Assembly: GCA_001662655.1 (NCBI GenBank)
Contig: KV460288.1
Strand: one strand, 5' to 3'
Origin: Pseudogymnoascus verrucosus
Lineage: Eukaryota
Length of the DNA stretch: 64,000 bases
Position numbers and translations under genes: made by a program. The notes under the pieces are model-generated. The model searched no databases and was not told the origin of the DNA. It saw nothing but the letters and a program-made list of their open reading frames with translations. The stretch's first letter is position 1. Every line of letters starts with the position of its first letter. Shown piece by piece: positions 35,783 to 49,032 of this stretch.

Positions 35783-37174
35783 ATGTCGGAAGAGGACAAG
35801 ACGGCCGAGGAGGTCCTCCTCAACTTCAAGGTCAAGACCTCCAGCGACGGCCTCCACAACATCACCATCGCCGACACCGCCACGGTCCTCGATCTCAAGA
35901 ACAAGCTCGCCAGCGAAGAGTATGAGAACGTCCCAGCTGAGCGCCAACGCCTCATCTACTCGGGCCGCGTCCTTAAGAACGAAGAGCACCTAGCCACATA
36001 CAAGATCAAGAATGGCAACACCATACACATGGTCAAGAGCGCCGCCAGCAATGCCGCACAGAACCCCTCAAATGCAGGTGCTGCCGCCACCCCAGCAAGC
36101 GGCGTCCCAACCAACATGGCAGCGGGAACAGCAAACAACCCTCTGGCAAACCTGACGGGTGCCCGCTATGCCGGCCAAGTCAACCTTCCCAGCCGCGACA
36201 TGTTCGGTGTAGACGGTGGCGTAAGTCACCTCTTTTCCCCCCCAAAACCATTATCACACTCACTAATAACTCATCAGATGGGTGCCCCACCAAACGAAGA
36301 CCAAGTAGCAGACATGCTCTCCGACCCCGCCACCGCGCAAATCATGAACGAAGCCCTCAACAACCCCCAAATGGTCGACATGATGATCCAAGCCAACCCC
36401 ACCCTCCGCGCCCTCGGCCCCGCCGCCCGCGAAATGCTCCAATCCCCCATGTTCCGCCAGATGATGACGGACCCAAACATGATCCGCCAGGCTGCGCGCA
36501 TGCAGCGCCAGATGGGCGGTGGTGGGGGAGCTTCTGCATTCCCCGCTCCGGGTGTAACGGATACTACGCCTGCTGATGCCTCGGGCGCGCAGGCACAAGG
36601 ACAGGGACAGGCTGGGTCGCAGGATCCGGCTGCTATGTTTCCGGGCCTGTTTGGTGCAGGTGGGGGAGCTGGTGCGGGGAATCCATTTGCGAGTCTCTTC
36701 CAGCCACAAGGTCAGGGACAGGGCCAAGGTCAAGGCCAAGGCGCACAATCACCACCTGCCGTCTCGTCGCCAGGATCTCAGCAAGCCGGCCAGCCCGGCG
36801 CAGAAGGCATGCCACCCAACCCCTTCGCGAACCTTTTCTCCGGCGGCGCAGGCGGAAACGCCAATCCTTTCGCATATGGACTGCCGCCGCCAACACCGGA
36901 GCAGATGAGGCAGGCGATGCAGATGCTTGGACAAATGGGTGGTGGTGAGGGAGGTGGTAATCCATTTGCTGGTGCTGGTGCGGGGGGATTCGGGGGCCCA
37001 GGAGCAGGAACGACGTCGCCACCACCGGCGGATACGAGGCCGCCTGAGGAGATATATGCGGATCAGTTGAGGGCGCTGAATGATATGGGGTTCTTTGATT
37101 TTGAGGCGAATGTTAGAGCGTTGAGGAGGAGTGGGGGGAGTGTGCAGGGGGCTGTGGAGCAGTTGCTTGGATGA
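35783..37174 (+). CDS. DSK2: Ubiquilin Dsk2/Dph1 (UBL-STI1-UBA); intron 36221-36277
   Basis: N-terminal UBL (RQRLIYSGRVLK), STI1-like Met/Asn/Pro repeats and a C-terminal UBA (PPEEIYADQLRALNDMGFFDF...GGSVQGAVEQL). Confidence 0.93.
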   Translation: MSEEDKTAEEVLLNFKVKTSSDGLHNITIADTATVLDLKNKLASEEYENVPAERQRLIYSGRVLKNEEHLATYKIKNGNTIHMVKSAASNAAQNPSNAGAAATPASGVPTNMAAGTANNPLANLTGARYAGQVNLPSRDMFGVDGGVSHLFSPPKPLSHSLITHQMGAPPNEDQVADMLSDPATAQIMNEALNNPQMVDMMIQANPTLRALGPAAREMLQSPMFRQMMTDPNMIRQAARMQRQMGGGGGASAFPAPGVTDTTPADASGAQAQGQGQAGSQDPAAMFPGLFGAGGGAGAGNPFASLFQPQGQGQGQGQGQGAQSPPAVSSPGSQQAGQPGAEGMPPNPFANLFSGGAGGNANPFAYGLPPPTPEQMRQAMQMLGQMGGGEGGGNPFAGAGAGGFGGPGAGTTSPPPADTRPPEEIYADQLRALNDMGFFDFEANVRALRRSGGSVQGAVEQLLG

Positions 37175-37625
37175 AGGGTGGCATAGGATGAGAGGATTAT
37201 TGGGACAGATCTGAGGGGAGGTATGGAGATAGCGAGAGACTTTGATGAAGACGATGTTATGGCCTGGGTTGGCCGGAGGAATAAGCTTTTGAGAGCTATG
37301 TAGCTTTGTGGCTAGTATCAAATGACTAAATGCTTCATGAGACATTAATAGATGACTTTCCATGTCTGTTGTTGGAAAATTCGCACGTAATTCGAGCAGA
37401 CCACAGATCAGACACGACTTGGCTGCAAATATGTCACTAGTATATGATTGATGCCTCTACATGCCCATACCATCAAGTACCAGTTCTAGAGTAGAAAATT
37501 CACGGGCGCCATCACCCCCATCTATGTACTACCTCCGTCCCCAACCAAGAAAAAGCTATATCTCCCAATCCCTCCATGCAATGCAAACGAATGCACAAAA
37601 GAAACACCCCTCTACCCATCCCCAT

Positions 37626-38710
37626 CTAATTACGATCCAATCTCCTCCTCAAATTCCTCGTCCGCCTCATAAGCTTCTTATACTTATGCTTCTTCATCTT
37701 CAGCTTCCTCTGCCTCTTCACACTGAGCGCAAACATCTCCCCTCCCGCGCGCTCCTCCACGTATCTCAACCTCCGCTCACGCATGCGGTCCCTGAACGCC
37801 GTTGGTACAGTCGGCTCCTCCACATCTTGTAGTGGCGAGCTGTGCGCTACGTACGTCACCTCGCCGAGCGGGGAGGTGCTCTCCTCGATCGTCAGGGTGG
37901 CGGTGTAGGTGCGTTTCGCCTGGGCCGTCTCGGTCGCTGGCGCAGCGTCAACGGGCATAGGGACCGGTGGCGGCGGAGCGTTGAATGGCTGGTAGCGTCC
38001 CGTCAGGATGTGCTGCGGGAAGGGAATAGCGTCCTGTCCGTCGAGGTGTGTGATGTCGTTTGGCTCGGCGGCGAGGGCGGCGCGGAGGGTCTCGTCAGCG
38101 CCGAAGCTATCGTGGGTGGGGGTGCCGTCGAGGGCGCGGACGGTGCTCGAGAGGGTTGAGAGGACGTCGGCGACGCGGTGGGGGGGGTTGGCGGCGAAGA
38201 TGGAGGCGAATGCCGAGGTGGTGATTGGTTTGGGGAAGGGGGAGGTGACGGAGATGGGGCGGTGGAGGGAGAAGAAGGTTGAGGCTGCGATGTCTGGGGG
38301 TTAAGAGGTTAGCTTCGTGATTCGACCTAGGGGTTGGGAATGGATATGGGAGGTGACAAACCTTTCACTTGGAGGTGGTGAGTGCTGGGCACACTGGGCA
38401 GGTTGTCAAAGGCCTCATCTCGCCCCTTCACGGTGTGAGCGGCAGCGCCCTTAGCCTTGCGGGTGCGCTGAGTCTTCTTCTTCGCGCCCTCCGAGCGAGT
38501 CTGTGCCGGGGTAGCGGGGACAGAGCCCTCCGCAACACCCTTCGAGCCGTCTGCCGGGCTGGACGGCTTGGAGGAGGAGTAGCGGCGTTGTAGGGGCCGG
38601 CACGAGAGGCTCTGCGTCGACACGGCTCGTGGGACTGAGGTGGCGAGGGAAGCAGCGATGGGAGATGGCTGAGCAGCAAAGGCTGCCCGCCGCACGGAAG
38701 AGGTAAACAT
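37626..38710 (-). CDS. COX24: Mitochondrial small-subunit protein mS38 / Cox24 C-terminal domain protein; intron 38294-38361
   Basis: Arg/Ser-rich presequence (MFTSSVRRAA...RRYSS) and C-terminal ALSVKRQRKLKMKKHKYKKLMRRTRNLRRRL. Confidence 0.85.
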
Positions 38711-39381
38711 GGCTCCTTCCTGCTCGTGGTGGCTGGGGGAGTCGTAGTTGTTGAGGTTGCAGGTGTGACGGTTCTATCTCCGAAGTCTTGCTCTCTAGCC
38801 GCCGAAGCGCAAAAGCTCTTGGCGTGTCACGTGAGCGTCGGGATGTTGTGGCGCTAAAATTGTGGGTACGTACTCTTGGGACGACAGACCATCGGCTATC
38901 TAACAGTGAGCAAAGTTGAAACTACAGCAAGTTATAAATTGTATATACACTTTGAAATTTTCGTTGGGGTGGGATTTTTAAAATAACAGATGCATGACTC
39001 TGGTGTTTTTTACAGAAAGCAGAGGTTTCACAGGATCAGTTCACAATTTTCACTTAAGACTGCAAATGGATTTTATAATTTTATTGGATCTGACTATTAC
39101 ACGACTTACTGATTCCCTTTGGTACTTTATTATCGGGTCTCCGTGAATAAGTTCAAATACCGTCGATAGCCAGTTAGCAAATTGTGGACGACATATACCT
39201 ATGATCAAAAATTGAACGAGGAAGTTGTTTGTTGGCGGATACACAAAATCTCAGGGCCTGTCTTGTACTCCTCGTGCTTCCCATTCTCTTTTCCGAAAGT
39301 CGTACTTCAACAATTGTCGCCTCTTTGAGTATATACACATACAGATTTTGACACGTATTGCGTCAGTGTGGCAAGTTCGAA

Positions 39382-42300
39382 TCAAGCAGCACCTGCATGA
39401 AACGTGTGGACCAGAACAGTGATAATCACGACAACAGTGGCACTGCAGACATAGGCGGCGAACAAGTAGCCTGCGGCCTTCTTCTGGGTCTTGCCAAAGT
39501 GGGAGATATCACCCTTGGTGTACCAGATCATGAACTGATCAAGCCAGCCAACTCTCAACAGGAGAAGAGCTGGTGGAAGGAGCATGCATATAGCGAGTGC
39601 AACATTCGAGATCTTGGCCTTGCGATCAGCAGTGTCGGTGGCCGTGGACGAATTGTCATGGATCCAGGCCGACAAGCGTGGGGGGCCCTCATGGATGTGC
39701 CAGGCAGGATCGCGCAAGAGAGGCTCTCCAATGAGTGGGGATGAGTGAACAGAATTCAGGGGCGAATCAATAGGACGCGGGGATGACTGATCGAAACGCG
39801 GGGTCGACTGCTCAAAACGCGGAGATGAATGAGCAGAATGCGGGGACGAGTTGATGCGGTTCAGGTCCGCGGTCGAATACAGATTCATCCACTCAGCTGA
39901 CTGGACTGGAGCAAGAGGAGATCTGTAGACATAGTTCTCAATGTCAGCAGGTTGTGGGATGATTTGGTTCATAGGTCCCAGAGAGTCGGCGACCAGAGAC
40001 AAAGGGCGCAGCATGCGGCTCGGAGAGTATGTCACTCTAGTCTTAGTTGGAGAAGATGGCATCTTGGTGGGTGTCTCATCAACCTTATCAACCTTATCAA
40101 CCTTCTTAGCAAGAAGGGAGTTCGCCTTCGATTGAAGCTTTCTATAGAAGGCTCCAGGGGGACCTTTGACGAGAGGAGCACGGGCGCGAGAGTTGCCTGG
40201 TGTAATTCCAGTGCGTTCCTTCGCATTGGGATTCTGGTTGAAAGCGTACAGACCGCCGTATTGATGGTTCTCGTTCGCAGCCGGGCCACCATGAAGGTCA
40301 ATGAAAGATTGATTATCAGCGACGGTGCTGACATCCGCGATGCTGCTTCCAAGGGTGCGGCGTTCGCTGTCATGGTCTCCCATGTATTGTGGCATCGTAC
40401 CTCCATTTGCCTGCATAACCATTTGCATGAATGAATCTGGGGAGTTTGCTCCTCGGTTGCGTGGGCTTCCTCGCAAGTCCACCTCCAAGTGATCATCGCC
40501 TGCAACCCAATGCATTGGAGTTGATGGGCCAGCAAAATTGCCGCGGCCAGGAAGGGTCATATCCATGGTGGTAGAGATTGTTGGATCCTGATGGAAGTCA
40601 TCATTGAACCTACTCTTATACTGTGGCTTCGCAACTGGGCCATTCTGCCTCGAACGCGAACGCGAGTAATTCTCCAATGGCGAAGATAGAGTATCCTCGG
40701 GAATGAGAGAGCTCGTAACAGCCTCAAAGCCTCTCTTTGGTGTTCTGAACCCATTCAGAGGGAATCCGTCGGTTCCATGCATTCTACGTCTGGGGAGCAT
40801 AGCGGATGATGATGTCTCCATGACGTGCCCTTGATACATCCCATCGTCGCCATTGTAGCGATCACGATAGTGCATGACTTGCTCCGATTGTGCAAGTGTG
40901 AGGGCAGCTAGAATTGGGCCACTGCTGCTCTCGCCAAGATGGTCAGAGAAATTGGCGATGCTGCTCCCAGCCTCGTTGAACGCAGCATCGACGAATGGAC
41001 GAATGTTTTCTTTCTCGTCATCTCTGCTAAACAGCATGATGCTATCTGTAACAGTCTCCCAGTCATTGGGATCATCTTCCTTGCCAGTGACGTTGCTAGA
41101 ACCCGAGGTTCTATACTTTGAAATTCTTGGAGATCTGTCTTTGCCAGGAAGTGGACGGATGGGGATTTTGATGGCCTTGTCCTTGTTCCTCCTATGCCAT
41201 GCCTTCTTCGAAGGAGAGTGACGAGTAGCATAGAACCCATCGGAGAAAATCTTTGAAAGGCGCTTCTGGTCAGATCGAAGGTTTCTAATGACCGATTTGT
41301 AGCTGGGGGGAGTAGTTTGAACTCCGACTTCGCCCTTCTTGGGAGAGGGGGCCTTATCACTGTTTCCACCATCGTCGGCCATTCCATGAAGTTCAATGCT
41401 GATATTTCTCTCATGGCGATTGTGAGTTGCCGGGCTCATGGACTTCTCATCATCTTCGCTGAATCCGTTCTTGAGTGGCGATGCACTGTTTGCCTGCTTT
41501 CCAGCATGTTTCTTGGTTGGTGTATTCGGCGAGAGGCCAAGAAGATTGTGCGTGTCATCATATGGCGAAGACGACGGGCCAAGTACTCTCGGGGAGGAAT
41601 CAGCCAGGTAAACTCTACCGGGTGGCGCAGGTACACGAGGGAGGCCGATGTTGGACGGATTTCCCGTGACTGGAGCGCTGGTGTTCGTACCGTGACGGAA
41701 AGGCGTAAATGGAGCAGGCTGGATTGACTCTTGCGAAGGGCAAATCATGGGACATCCATGTGTGGCTCTGGTGGCTGTCGGAATATTCTCCAGGTAAACA
41801 ATGGACTCGATGCTGTTTTCTTCATCGTAGTAGCTCATAAGAGAGAAATTATCATCGTCTACTCCTGCGAACTCCACATGGTGAAGCACAGTGCCTGATT
41901 CAGAATGAGGAGCTGAATTTGACAAAGAGACAGTGGATGGGTTAGACAAAGAGGTCTGGTCCTTATCTTCAAAGGTTTGAATCTGGTCAGGAAAAAGAAT
42001 CAAGTCTTCGCCATTGTTGCTTCCCTCGAAGCTAATGTCCTCGTCATAGCCGTAGTAAGATCTAGAATCGTCGCCAAAGTTGCCAAAGTTGCTCTCTATA
42101 TGTTGGACTTCGCCGTAGTTGTGATTGTGGATAACGGACTCCGAAGTTGAATGAAACAGGCCTGGTTGATACTTTGATTGATCAATGGTTGGCGACGATG
42201 AAATGAAGTTCACATCATCCTCATTCACCTGTGTTGGAGGTAAAACATTGCTCTCTGGACCGTGGAAAAAATTCTTTGGCGCCGGGCTTGGGCTACTGAC

Positions 42301-43023
42301 GCTGTAAACGCTGCTAGTAGGTCTCACAGGTCTCGGAGCCAACAGATTGACCCTAGCATTGGGTGTGCTGGGTGGGTTCACAAGAAGGCTGGAAGAGCCA
42401 GCGGGAGATTCACTATCTGAGCGTGGAGAATCCTTGACGATTGAGAGACGTGGTGAGAAAACTTTTCCATAGTTGCGGGTCGAGAAAACACCCTTTTCAG
42501 ATTCACTTGCTGCACCCAAGGCTCCAAATTCAAGAGACAGGTTGCGAACATTATTCAAGGCAGCGCGTGGTGGAATAGAAGGCTTGTCAGGAAAAGCCGT
42601 ATCGAGTCTCTTAGACTTGACTTCAAAATGCTCCAGGGTAAGCTCGGTCTTGGGCAATGACGATTCGGTTGGACTGTTCTCTGAGAGCTTTGCTCTGGAG
42701 TTCTTGGAGGTGATCGATGAATGGGCCGTAGCAAAGTCATTAAAGACTGATTGAACTGGAGTAAATTTGCGAGATCCAGCAAGTGAATTTTGCGAAGGGC
42801 GAGTGGTGACTTTGGCCAAGTTGCCAAAAGAATCGCTGTTGGAGAGCGGCGCAGTAAATTTTGCGAAGCTCATGGTCGAATCATTCTTGGAAAGCTGAAA
42901 GGTTCCGTGGGTGGCTTTTGGTGCCACAGTTTGGGATGCACCAGCCATGTTGGCGGTTTGCACCGAGCGCTGTAGATCGTTCTCGTGAGGAACAATCCCA
43001 GCAATAGTAACGTCGGGATCCAT
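39382..43023 (-). CDS. Large Ser/Pro-rich, probably disordered hypothetical protein with two C-terminal TM helices
   Basis: Long uninterrupted ORF; first ATG at 43023 (MDPDVT). Hydrophobic C-terminal segments (VALAICMLLPPALLLL; YLFAAYVCSATVVVIITVLV). Confidence 0.8.
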   Translation of the reverse strand: MDPDVTIAGIVPHENDLQRSVQTANMAGASQTVAPKATHGTFQLSKNDSTMSFAKFTAPLSNSDSFGNLAKVTTRPSQNSLAGSRKFTPVQSVFNDFATAHSSITSKNSRAKLSENSPTESSLPKTELTLEHFEVKSKRLDTAFPDKPSIPPRAALNNVRNLSLEFGALGAASESEKGVFSTRNYGKVFSPRLSIVKDSPRSDSESPAGSSSLLVNPPSTPNARVNLLAPRPVRPTSSVYSVSSPSPAPKNFFHGPESNVLPPTQVNEDDVNFISSSPTIDQSKYQPGLFHSTSESVIHNHNYGEVQHIESNFGNFGDDSRSYYGYDEDISFEGSNNGEDLILFPDQIQTFEDKDQTSLSNPSTVSLSNSAPHSESGTVLHHVEFAGVDDDNFSLMSYYDEENSIESIVYLENIPTATRATHGCPMICPSQESIQPAPFTPFRHGTNTSAPVTGNPSNIGLPRVPAPPGRVYLADSSPRVLGPSSSPYDDTHNLLGLSPNTPTKKHAGKQANSASPLKNGFSEDDEKSMSPATHNRHERNISIELHGMADDGGNSDKAPSPKKGEVGVQTTPPSYKSVIRNLRSDQKRLSKIFSDGFYATRHSPSKKAWHRRNKDKAIKIPIRPLPGKDRSPRISKYRTSGSSNVTGKEDDPNDWETVTDSIMLFSRDDEKENIRPFVDAAFNEAGSSIANFSDHLGESSSGPILAALTLAQSEQVMHYRDRYNGDDGMYQGHVMETSSSAMLPRRRMHGTDGFPLNGFRTPKRGFEAVTSSLIPEDTLSSPLENYSRSRSRQNGPVAKPQYKSRFNDDFHQDPTISTTMDMTLPGRGNFAGPSTPMHWVAGDDHLEVDLRGSPRNRGANSPDSFMQMVMQANGGTMPQYMGDHDSERRTLGSSIADVSTVADNQSFIDLHGGPAANENHQYGGLYAFNQNPNAKERTGITPGNSRARAPLVKGPPGAFYRKLQSKANSLLAKKVDKVDKVDETPTKMPSSPTKTRVTYSPSRMLRPLSLVADSLGPMNQIIPQPADIENYVYRSPLAPVQSAEWMNLYSTADLNRINSSPHSAHSSPRFEQSTPRFDQSSPRPIDSPLNSVHSSPLIGEPLLRDPAWHIHEGPPRLSAWIHDNSSTATDTADRKAKISNVALAICMLLPPALLLLRVGWLDQFMIWYTKGDISHFGKTQKKAAGYLFAAYVCSATVVVIITVLVHTFHAGAA

Positions 43024-44516
43024 TGTTGAAGATCTTAGACGTGTGAAGGCATAGAACAGGATCAATGCAATTGCTTGCCACAGGTAGGATACAGCGAAAA
43101 AGACAGGATTGCGATAAATGGATGGAACGAGCGTATGGCTTTGAAGCCGTAGAATGGTGCTTTGCCTAGATGCTCTAGATGCAAAGTGTTGATGAGTGGA
43201 AGAGCTGAAGGATGCAGCTGGGCATTGCCTGTTGCGAGTTTGATTCTTGACAATTTCCCTCACGAAGATCGGTGAGGTGATGGAACTTTGAAACAAGATT
43301 CAAGAAACGATCAAGAGTTGGCAAGATTACACCTTTCAAAGAACTTGCCAAGATCAGATCGATCAAGGCAATTATTGAATTTCTTTGATCGGGAGTTCTT
43401 TGCGTTGATGCTTTTACGTTATTAGTTAAAACGTTTTGATAGAACTTGACGAATACATACCCAATCTGTAGATCGAATCTACCTTGAGCGAAGAAGCTTT
43501 TCTTGATGGTATCGTGTATATTAATCAACAGCAATGACCGTTGAATCAAAAAGTAGTAGAAGTAGGGAGCAGGTTGTGGGTTTGGAGGTGGTAAACTTAG
43601 GTGGTAAACGTTATGAGAATGAGCAGGTCATGTTAAGCGTTAACCGTTACTGGGGCTCGAACTTTATTGGTCCAATTGGACGGGGGTGCCGCGTGAATAC
43701 CCTTTGTTTTGACGTTAAGCGTTGAACGCCATGTACGGGGGGATGGGGGGCAGACGGGGTTCAGTAGCATGAAATCTCTCTAGCAATCGGCAGTCTCCGG
43801 CAACTACTAGCAGGCATAATATTGTAGACTGTAAAAGCTCGACTCCTGAGAGATGTTTGATATCCCCTCCAAGCAATTTTGAATTTACCAGCACCATGCA
43901 TAATGAAACCAGATATAAAGCAGTACCAGGCGCACTACCCCATGGTACAAATGTTAAGATAGGAAGAGAGTTCTCGAATGCATGAAGCTAGAAGCCCAAA
44001 TATATAACTATTATTGAAAGCATACAATGAAGACTATGAGCACGAGGTGCTCGTATGATAGGCATGGTAGAGAAAGCAGGATTTTATATTATAGCAATGG
44101 AGCAGACTGAGGAGGAATCTGTAGCTTGATGACGCCGAGGTGAATTTGAGAGGCATAACCAGGCTACGCTGTGGAACACTCATTCCATGGACTGCACTTT
44201 GAGTATCAATGGGAACCAGCTTTGGATTGCCGTAACTGAGAGAACTTACGTTGTCACTAAAACCCCTTTCCCGGAAGCAAGCATCACGAGACTTGGAGCA
44301 AAAAGATCAACCTCAAAACCCACACCAATTGTTATAGCGAAGTATACATTGCCTTCATATTTTGTGAGCTTTTATTTCCTCTAGTTGCAGTCTTTCATAA
44401 AACGAGCACAATCTCCACTCTCTTCTTACTCCAAGTTGCATCCTGTAGCAATGGCGGCAGCCAAATAACGCCAAACGCCAACCACCTTTCGTGACATAGT
44501 TGAACTTTTATGCCTC

Positions 44517-45980
44517 TCATTTACATCTCTTCTCGACAACGTTCGGGCCGAACTCGTCGTACTCCTTCTTCGCGATCCACATTTGGTGGAAGGTTCCGAG
44601 ACTGCCCAGAATACTGCCTCCAATCCAGCTACCGAAGCGACGCTCGCTCGTCAGGCCAGCAGCTTGAATCTTAACTCGTGCTCCTGGATATGCTTGCTGG
44701 AGCTCGCTGACCAGTCTGTCGGTGAAGCCATTGGTCAATGTAGTACCGCCGGTGACAACGACGTTTTGAAGGAGGTTGACGCGAAGATCCATGTCGACTG
44801 ATGCAACAGCAGCCTTGATCATCTCTGGGATAGTTTGTGACTTGGTGACTGCTGGCTCTCCAGGTACTGGTAGCGCCGCCTTCTCATCCCACATGCCTTC
44901 GCCAACTTTGAATCGGTCAACGCCCCATAATTGGTTCGAGCCATTGGGCATCTCGAAGACCCGGCCAGGTTGCGACTTGGCAAAGTCTTCATTCGTCGTG
45001 CCTTGAGCTGTGCCTGAGCTGAGGCGTCCAGGGCCTGGCCAGACTTGGACCACAGACTCCTTGAATTCAGTAAGGACACGCTCCTCCTGTAATGCGCGAT
45101 AGCTCGAAGTAGGCGGGATTGCGAAGTTGTGGTACGTCGCTTGTGCGGGGGCACCAGCATCAACGGCTGTCTTTTTAGCAACCATAAAATGCGGTATTAA
45201 GTCCACCTTGGAATCTGGGGAGTTGAATAATGTGCGGATTTGACCTGACAACCAGTTTCCGGCCAACGGAGACTTCTGGACGCCCTTCTTCAAAATTAGG
45301 CCGTCGTGGATCGGCGTGACGGAGATGTTGGTTGCACCGATGTCGATAACCAAGGCGCTAGCCTTTCCGGCGGCGAAAGCTGCGAGAACGCTGTTTCGTG
45401 CAAGCCAGAACGCAGGACAACCCCACGACTCCATTGCAATCTCAATAGCCTTCTCTCGAGACTTGGCAGGGTTCCAGGCTGTTTCCGTCAACAGAAGCGG
45501 GTTTTCCTCAAGCGGCCTCTCATTATCCTCAACGCCTTCCATCTCTGCATCAAGGTCTTTTGTGTCATCGTTCAGCCCATTCTTTGACGGGTGTGTCGGC
45601 TTGAAGCTCGTCAGGCGCGAGGTAATCGCATACTCCCAGACCTTCGCGGCGGCATCCCAGTCCTCCACGGTTCCATCCTTCCCTATTGGGTTTTGGATTT
45701 CTAGGTTGGACATTGGTGTGTGGATGGCGTTATCGCCATAGAGCAGCTTTGTGGCAGCGACATCGCGGACGATACCGTAGTGACTTGGAATGACCGACTT
45801 GGGAACATCTTCTCCAGCGAATCCCGCTCGTGTATTTGTGAATCCCGGATCCAGCACCAATGCAGATACCTCATCTGTGAATCAGTCAGTATGGTAGCTG
45901 ATGAGAGCAGTACGCCGTCCAAACTTACCTCCGCCATAGATGTTTGTGGGCTCCACAGACGAGTTTAAAGCTTGCGCCAT
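44517..45980 (-). CDS. ARP4: Actin-related protein 4 (NuA4/SWR1/INO80 subunit); intron 45875-45928
   Basis: Spliced [26 protein letters not shown] and [24 protein letters not shown]...VEKRCK. Confidence 0.95.
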
Positions 45981-46664
45981 GGTGGGGTATGGTTCAATGG
46001 AGTCGCAAATATGATCAACAGTCGGTATCGATTCTTGCGACTCGATTCCCTCTCGAAATATCACCAAAATATGTGGCTGGGGGCTGGGTGTCTAACGGTT
46101 GTCGCGAACGTAGCTCGATTTCGCGTATCGAGCCTCAACTTCGAAGGTCGACGTGAAGTCTTGGCATGTTCATGGTTGACCAGCCCCGCTTGGCAGCATA
46201 CCGGCGACAAGGTACGCTACAGCCATATAGTGGTGTCACGCATCACTGGCACTCTTTCACTATTAAATATTTAAATATTCATAGTCCAGCATCTACGACA
46301 GATCCTCAAAATATTTTAATCTCACGCCGTAATAAATAAGTTTCCACTCTATTTTATAATTCTCATACTCCAGTCTGTATAAGTCACGTGTGCACTTCCC
46401 AGGACACGTCTTCTTTGGGTGAACGCGCATGTGCGAGGGGCAGGGTCCAGGCTCAGCCGTCGCCAATTCCCCGTATCGTATCAACCCCAGATTTATCCCA
46501 ATCCCAAGACAACAACCTCGTCGCAAACCGCATGGTGAGAGAGAGAGGCTTCTCCGCTTCCCACAATCCTTCTCTCCCACTGCGGATTGATACCTACTTT
46601 TATTAAGTTTCCGGACGCTCGTTATACGGATTCGTAGCTCGCTGGGCGGCCACATGTGACAGAT

Positions 46665-48724
46665 ATGGGCGTTTTCTCCTCCTTACGAAGCATTTATGCC
46701 CTCGACACTCTAGACACCCGCTTTACCAGCTCGCCGAGGGTCCCATACCAGGCAGTAGTCGATGCCCGAGATGGACAGGGAATTGCGCCTGGCACAGATG
46801 TCCCAGTGAAGCTTGACAGCCGGCGGAAGCCAATCCCACCTACGCGGTCCTTATGGAAGACGACCGAGTTCTACCTCTACTATACTGTAGTTACTATATC
46901 TGTTGCGTACATGTTCTGGGTTGCCTTCGATGTTTCTAGACGTCAGTATTACCAGCTCCTTTGCAACTTCAGCTACTGACACTATCGTAGCATCGGATCC
47001 CAACTATTACAAGTATGAGCGCTGGCTAGCACCCGGCTGGATACCGGGTCGCAGAGTCGACGTGTCCGATGCCCAGTACCGAACATTCAGGAGGAACACT
47101 CCATATATCTTTGCGCTGCTCCTTGTCCATCCAGTACTGCGACGTGTTTACGAACGATTACGGCCTGTATCAACTCAGTCGAAGGCAACATTTTCGAGTC
47201 AGCCAGGGGCCGCTGCTGGAGACGCAAGGCTAGAACAGCGCACATCCTTCGACTTTGTGTTTGCTTTGATCTTTCTAGCTGCCCTCCACGGCTTCTCTGT
47301 TTTCAAAGTCGTCTTCATTCTATACCTCAACTACTCTCTAGCCACGAAGCTACCGAAGAAATACATCGTGCCAGCAACCTGGATATTTGCCGTTGGCACC
47401 CTGTTTGCGAACGAGATTTTCAATGGATATCCGTATGCCAAAATCGAGAAATTTCTAATGCCATGGGCTAGCCAAAGTAGCTTCCAGGGTGGCGCGGTTA
47501 AGCTTTCATGGGGTTCTTGGCTCGATGGTTATTCTGGGATTATGCCCAGATGGGCAATCTTGTTTAATCTCACAGTCTTGAGACTCGTAAGCTTCAACAT
47601 AGATTACTACTGGAGTTTGGACCACAGAGCTGGTAGCCCGCTAGAGGTATGCCATTGAAACGATTCTATCATGTCCTGAAACGCATACTAATCAATTCAA
47701 GAAGAAACAACTCGACCCCGCCAACCTCTCCGAAAACGATCGCATCCGCACCTCCGCCCCCGCAAGAGACTACAACTTCCGCAACTACCTCGCCTACGCC
47801 ATATACGCCCCTCTCTACCTCGTCGGCCCCATCGTCACCTACAACGACTACATCTCGCAATGCAAATACCGCTCTCCGACTATCGAGACCTCGCGCACCC
47901 TCAAATACGGCATCCGCCTCTTCCTCACCTTCCTCTGCATGGAATTCATCCTGCACTTCGACTACTGCGTCGCCATCTCCAAAGCAAATCCCGTCTGGTC
48001 TGACTACAGCGCCAAGCAGCTCTCCATCATGTCGCTCTTCAACCTCCACATCGTGTGGCTGAAGCTGCTGCTCCCCTGGAGACTCTTCCGCTTTTGGGCC
48101 CTCCTCGACGGCATCGACCCCCCCGAGAACATGATCCGCTGCGTCTCCGACAGCTTTTCCACCGTCCGCTTCTGGCGCGCCTGGCATCGCTCTTTCAACA
48201 AGTGGATTGTGCGCTACCTGTACATTCCCCTCGGGGGTTCTAACATCACCGGTCGCTTCGGCTTGGCGAGGACGATCCTCAATTACCTCGTTGTCTTTAC
48301 GTTTGTGGCGCTGTGGCATGATATCAGTCTTAACTTGCTTGTTTGGGGCTGGCTTATTGTGCTCTTCATGTTGCCGGAGATTATTGGGACGAGGCTCTTC
48401 CCACGCTCGAAGTGGGAGAATAATCTTAAGGCGTGGCGCATGCTGTGCGCCGCGGGGTCGGTGCTGAATGTTATAATGATGATGTCGGCTAACCTGGTCG
48501 GCTTCGCGGTGGGAGTGGATGGGATGAAGAGTATCATCCACGGCATATTTAGTGATTGGGGAGGTGAGTTTATTTCCTCCTTCTTTTGGGATAAGTCACG
48601 TGCTAACCATGATCCAGGAATCGCCTTCCTACTCACCGCAGCAGGAGTTCTGTTTACAGCAATCCAGATCATGTTCGAAGTGCGAGAGAGTGAGATTAGA
48701 AACGGGATTGATCTCAAGTGTTAG
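46665..48724 (+). CDS. GUP1: MBOAT O-acyltransferase Gup1; introns 46942-46990, 47647-47701, 48564-48617
   Basis: Motifs GWIPGRRVDVSDAQYRTFR, LRLVSFNIDYYW, DGIDPPENM, FWRAWHRSFNKWIVRYLYIPLGG and VFTFVALWHD. Confidence 0.95.
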
Positions 48725-49032
48725 GTGTGGAGCGGCATTATACCGTATTTGCACGCATGTACGGCCGAGCATAAGTTGGCGTTCTTTTCTCTCTTTTGGA
48801 GCCTGTATAGATAGGGATGATTTGACATTTTTTGTACATGGTATTATTAGGCTGTGTAATATGATGCCACTTGAGCCGAGCTTTGAGCATTTGATTTCCC
48901 TCACTCTCCCATGCCACTTTCCCAACGCCCGTAATTCATTGAGTAGAGATACTCGTCCAGACCCAGCCTGATCCGATGCATAACCTTAACGCCTATAATT
49001 TTCACCCTGCCACAATTCGAGAGGCACCATCC

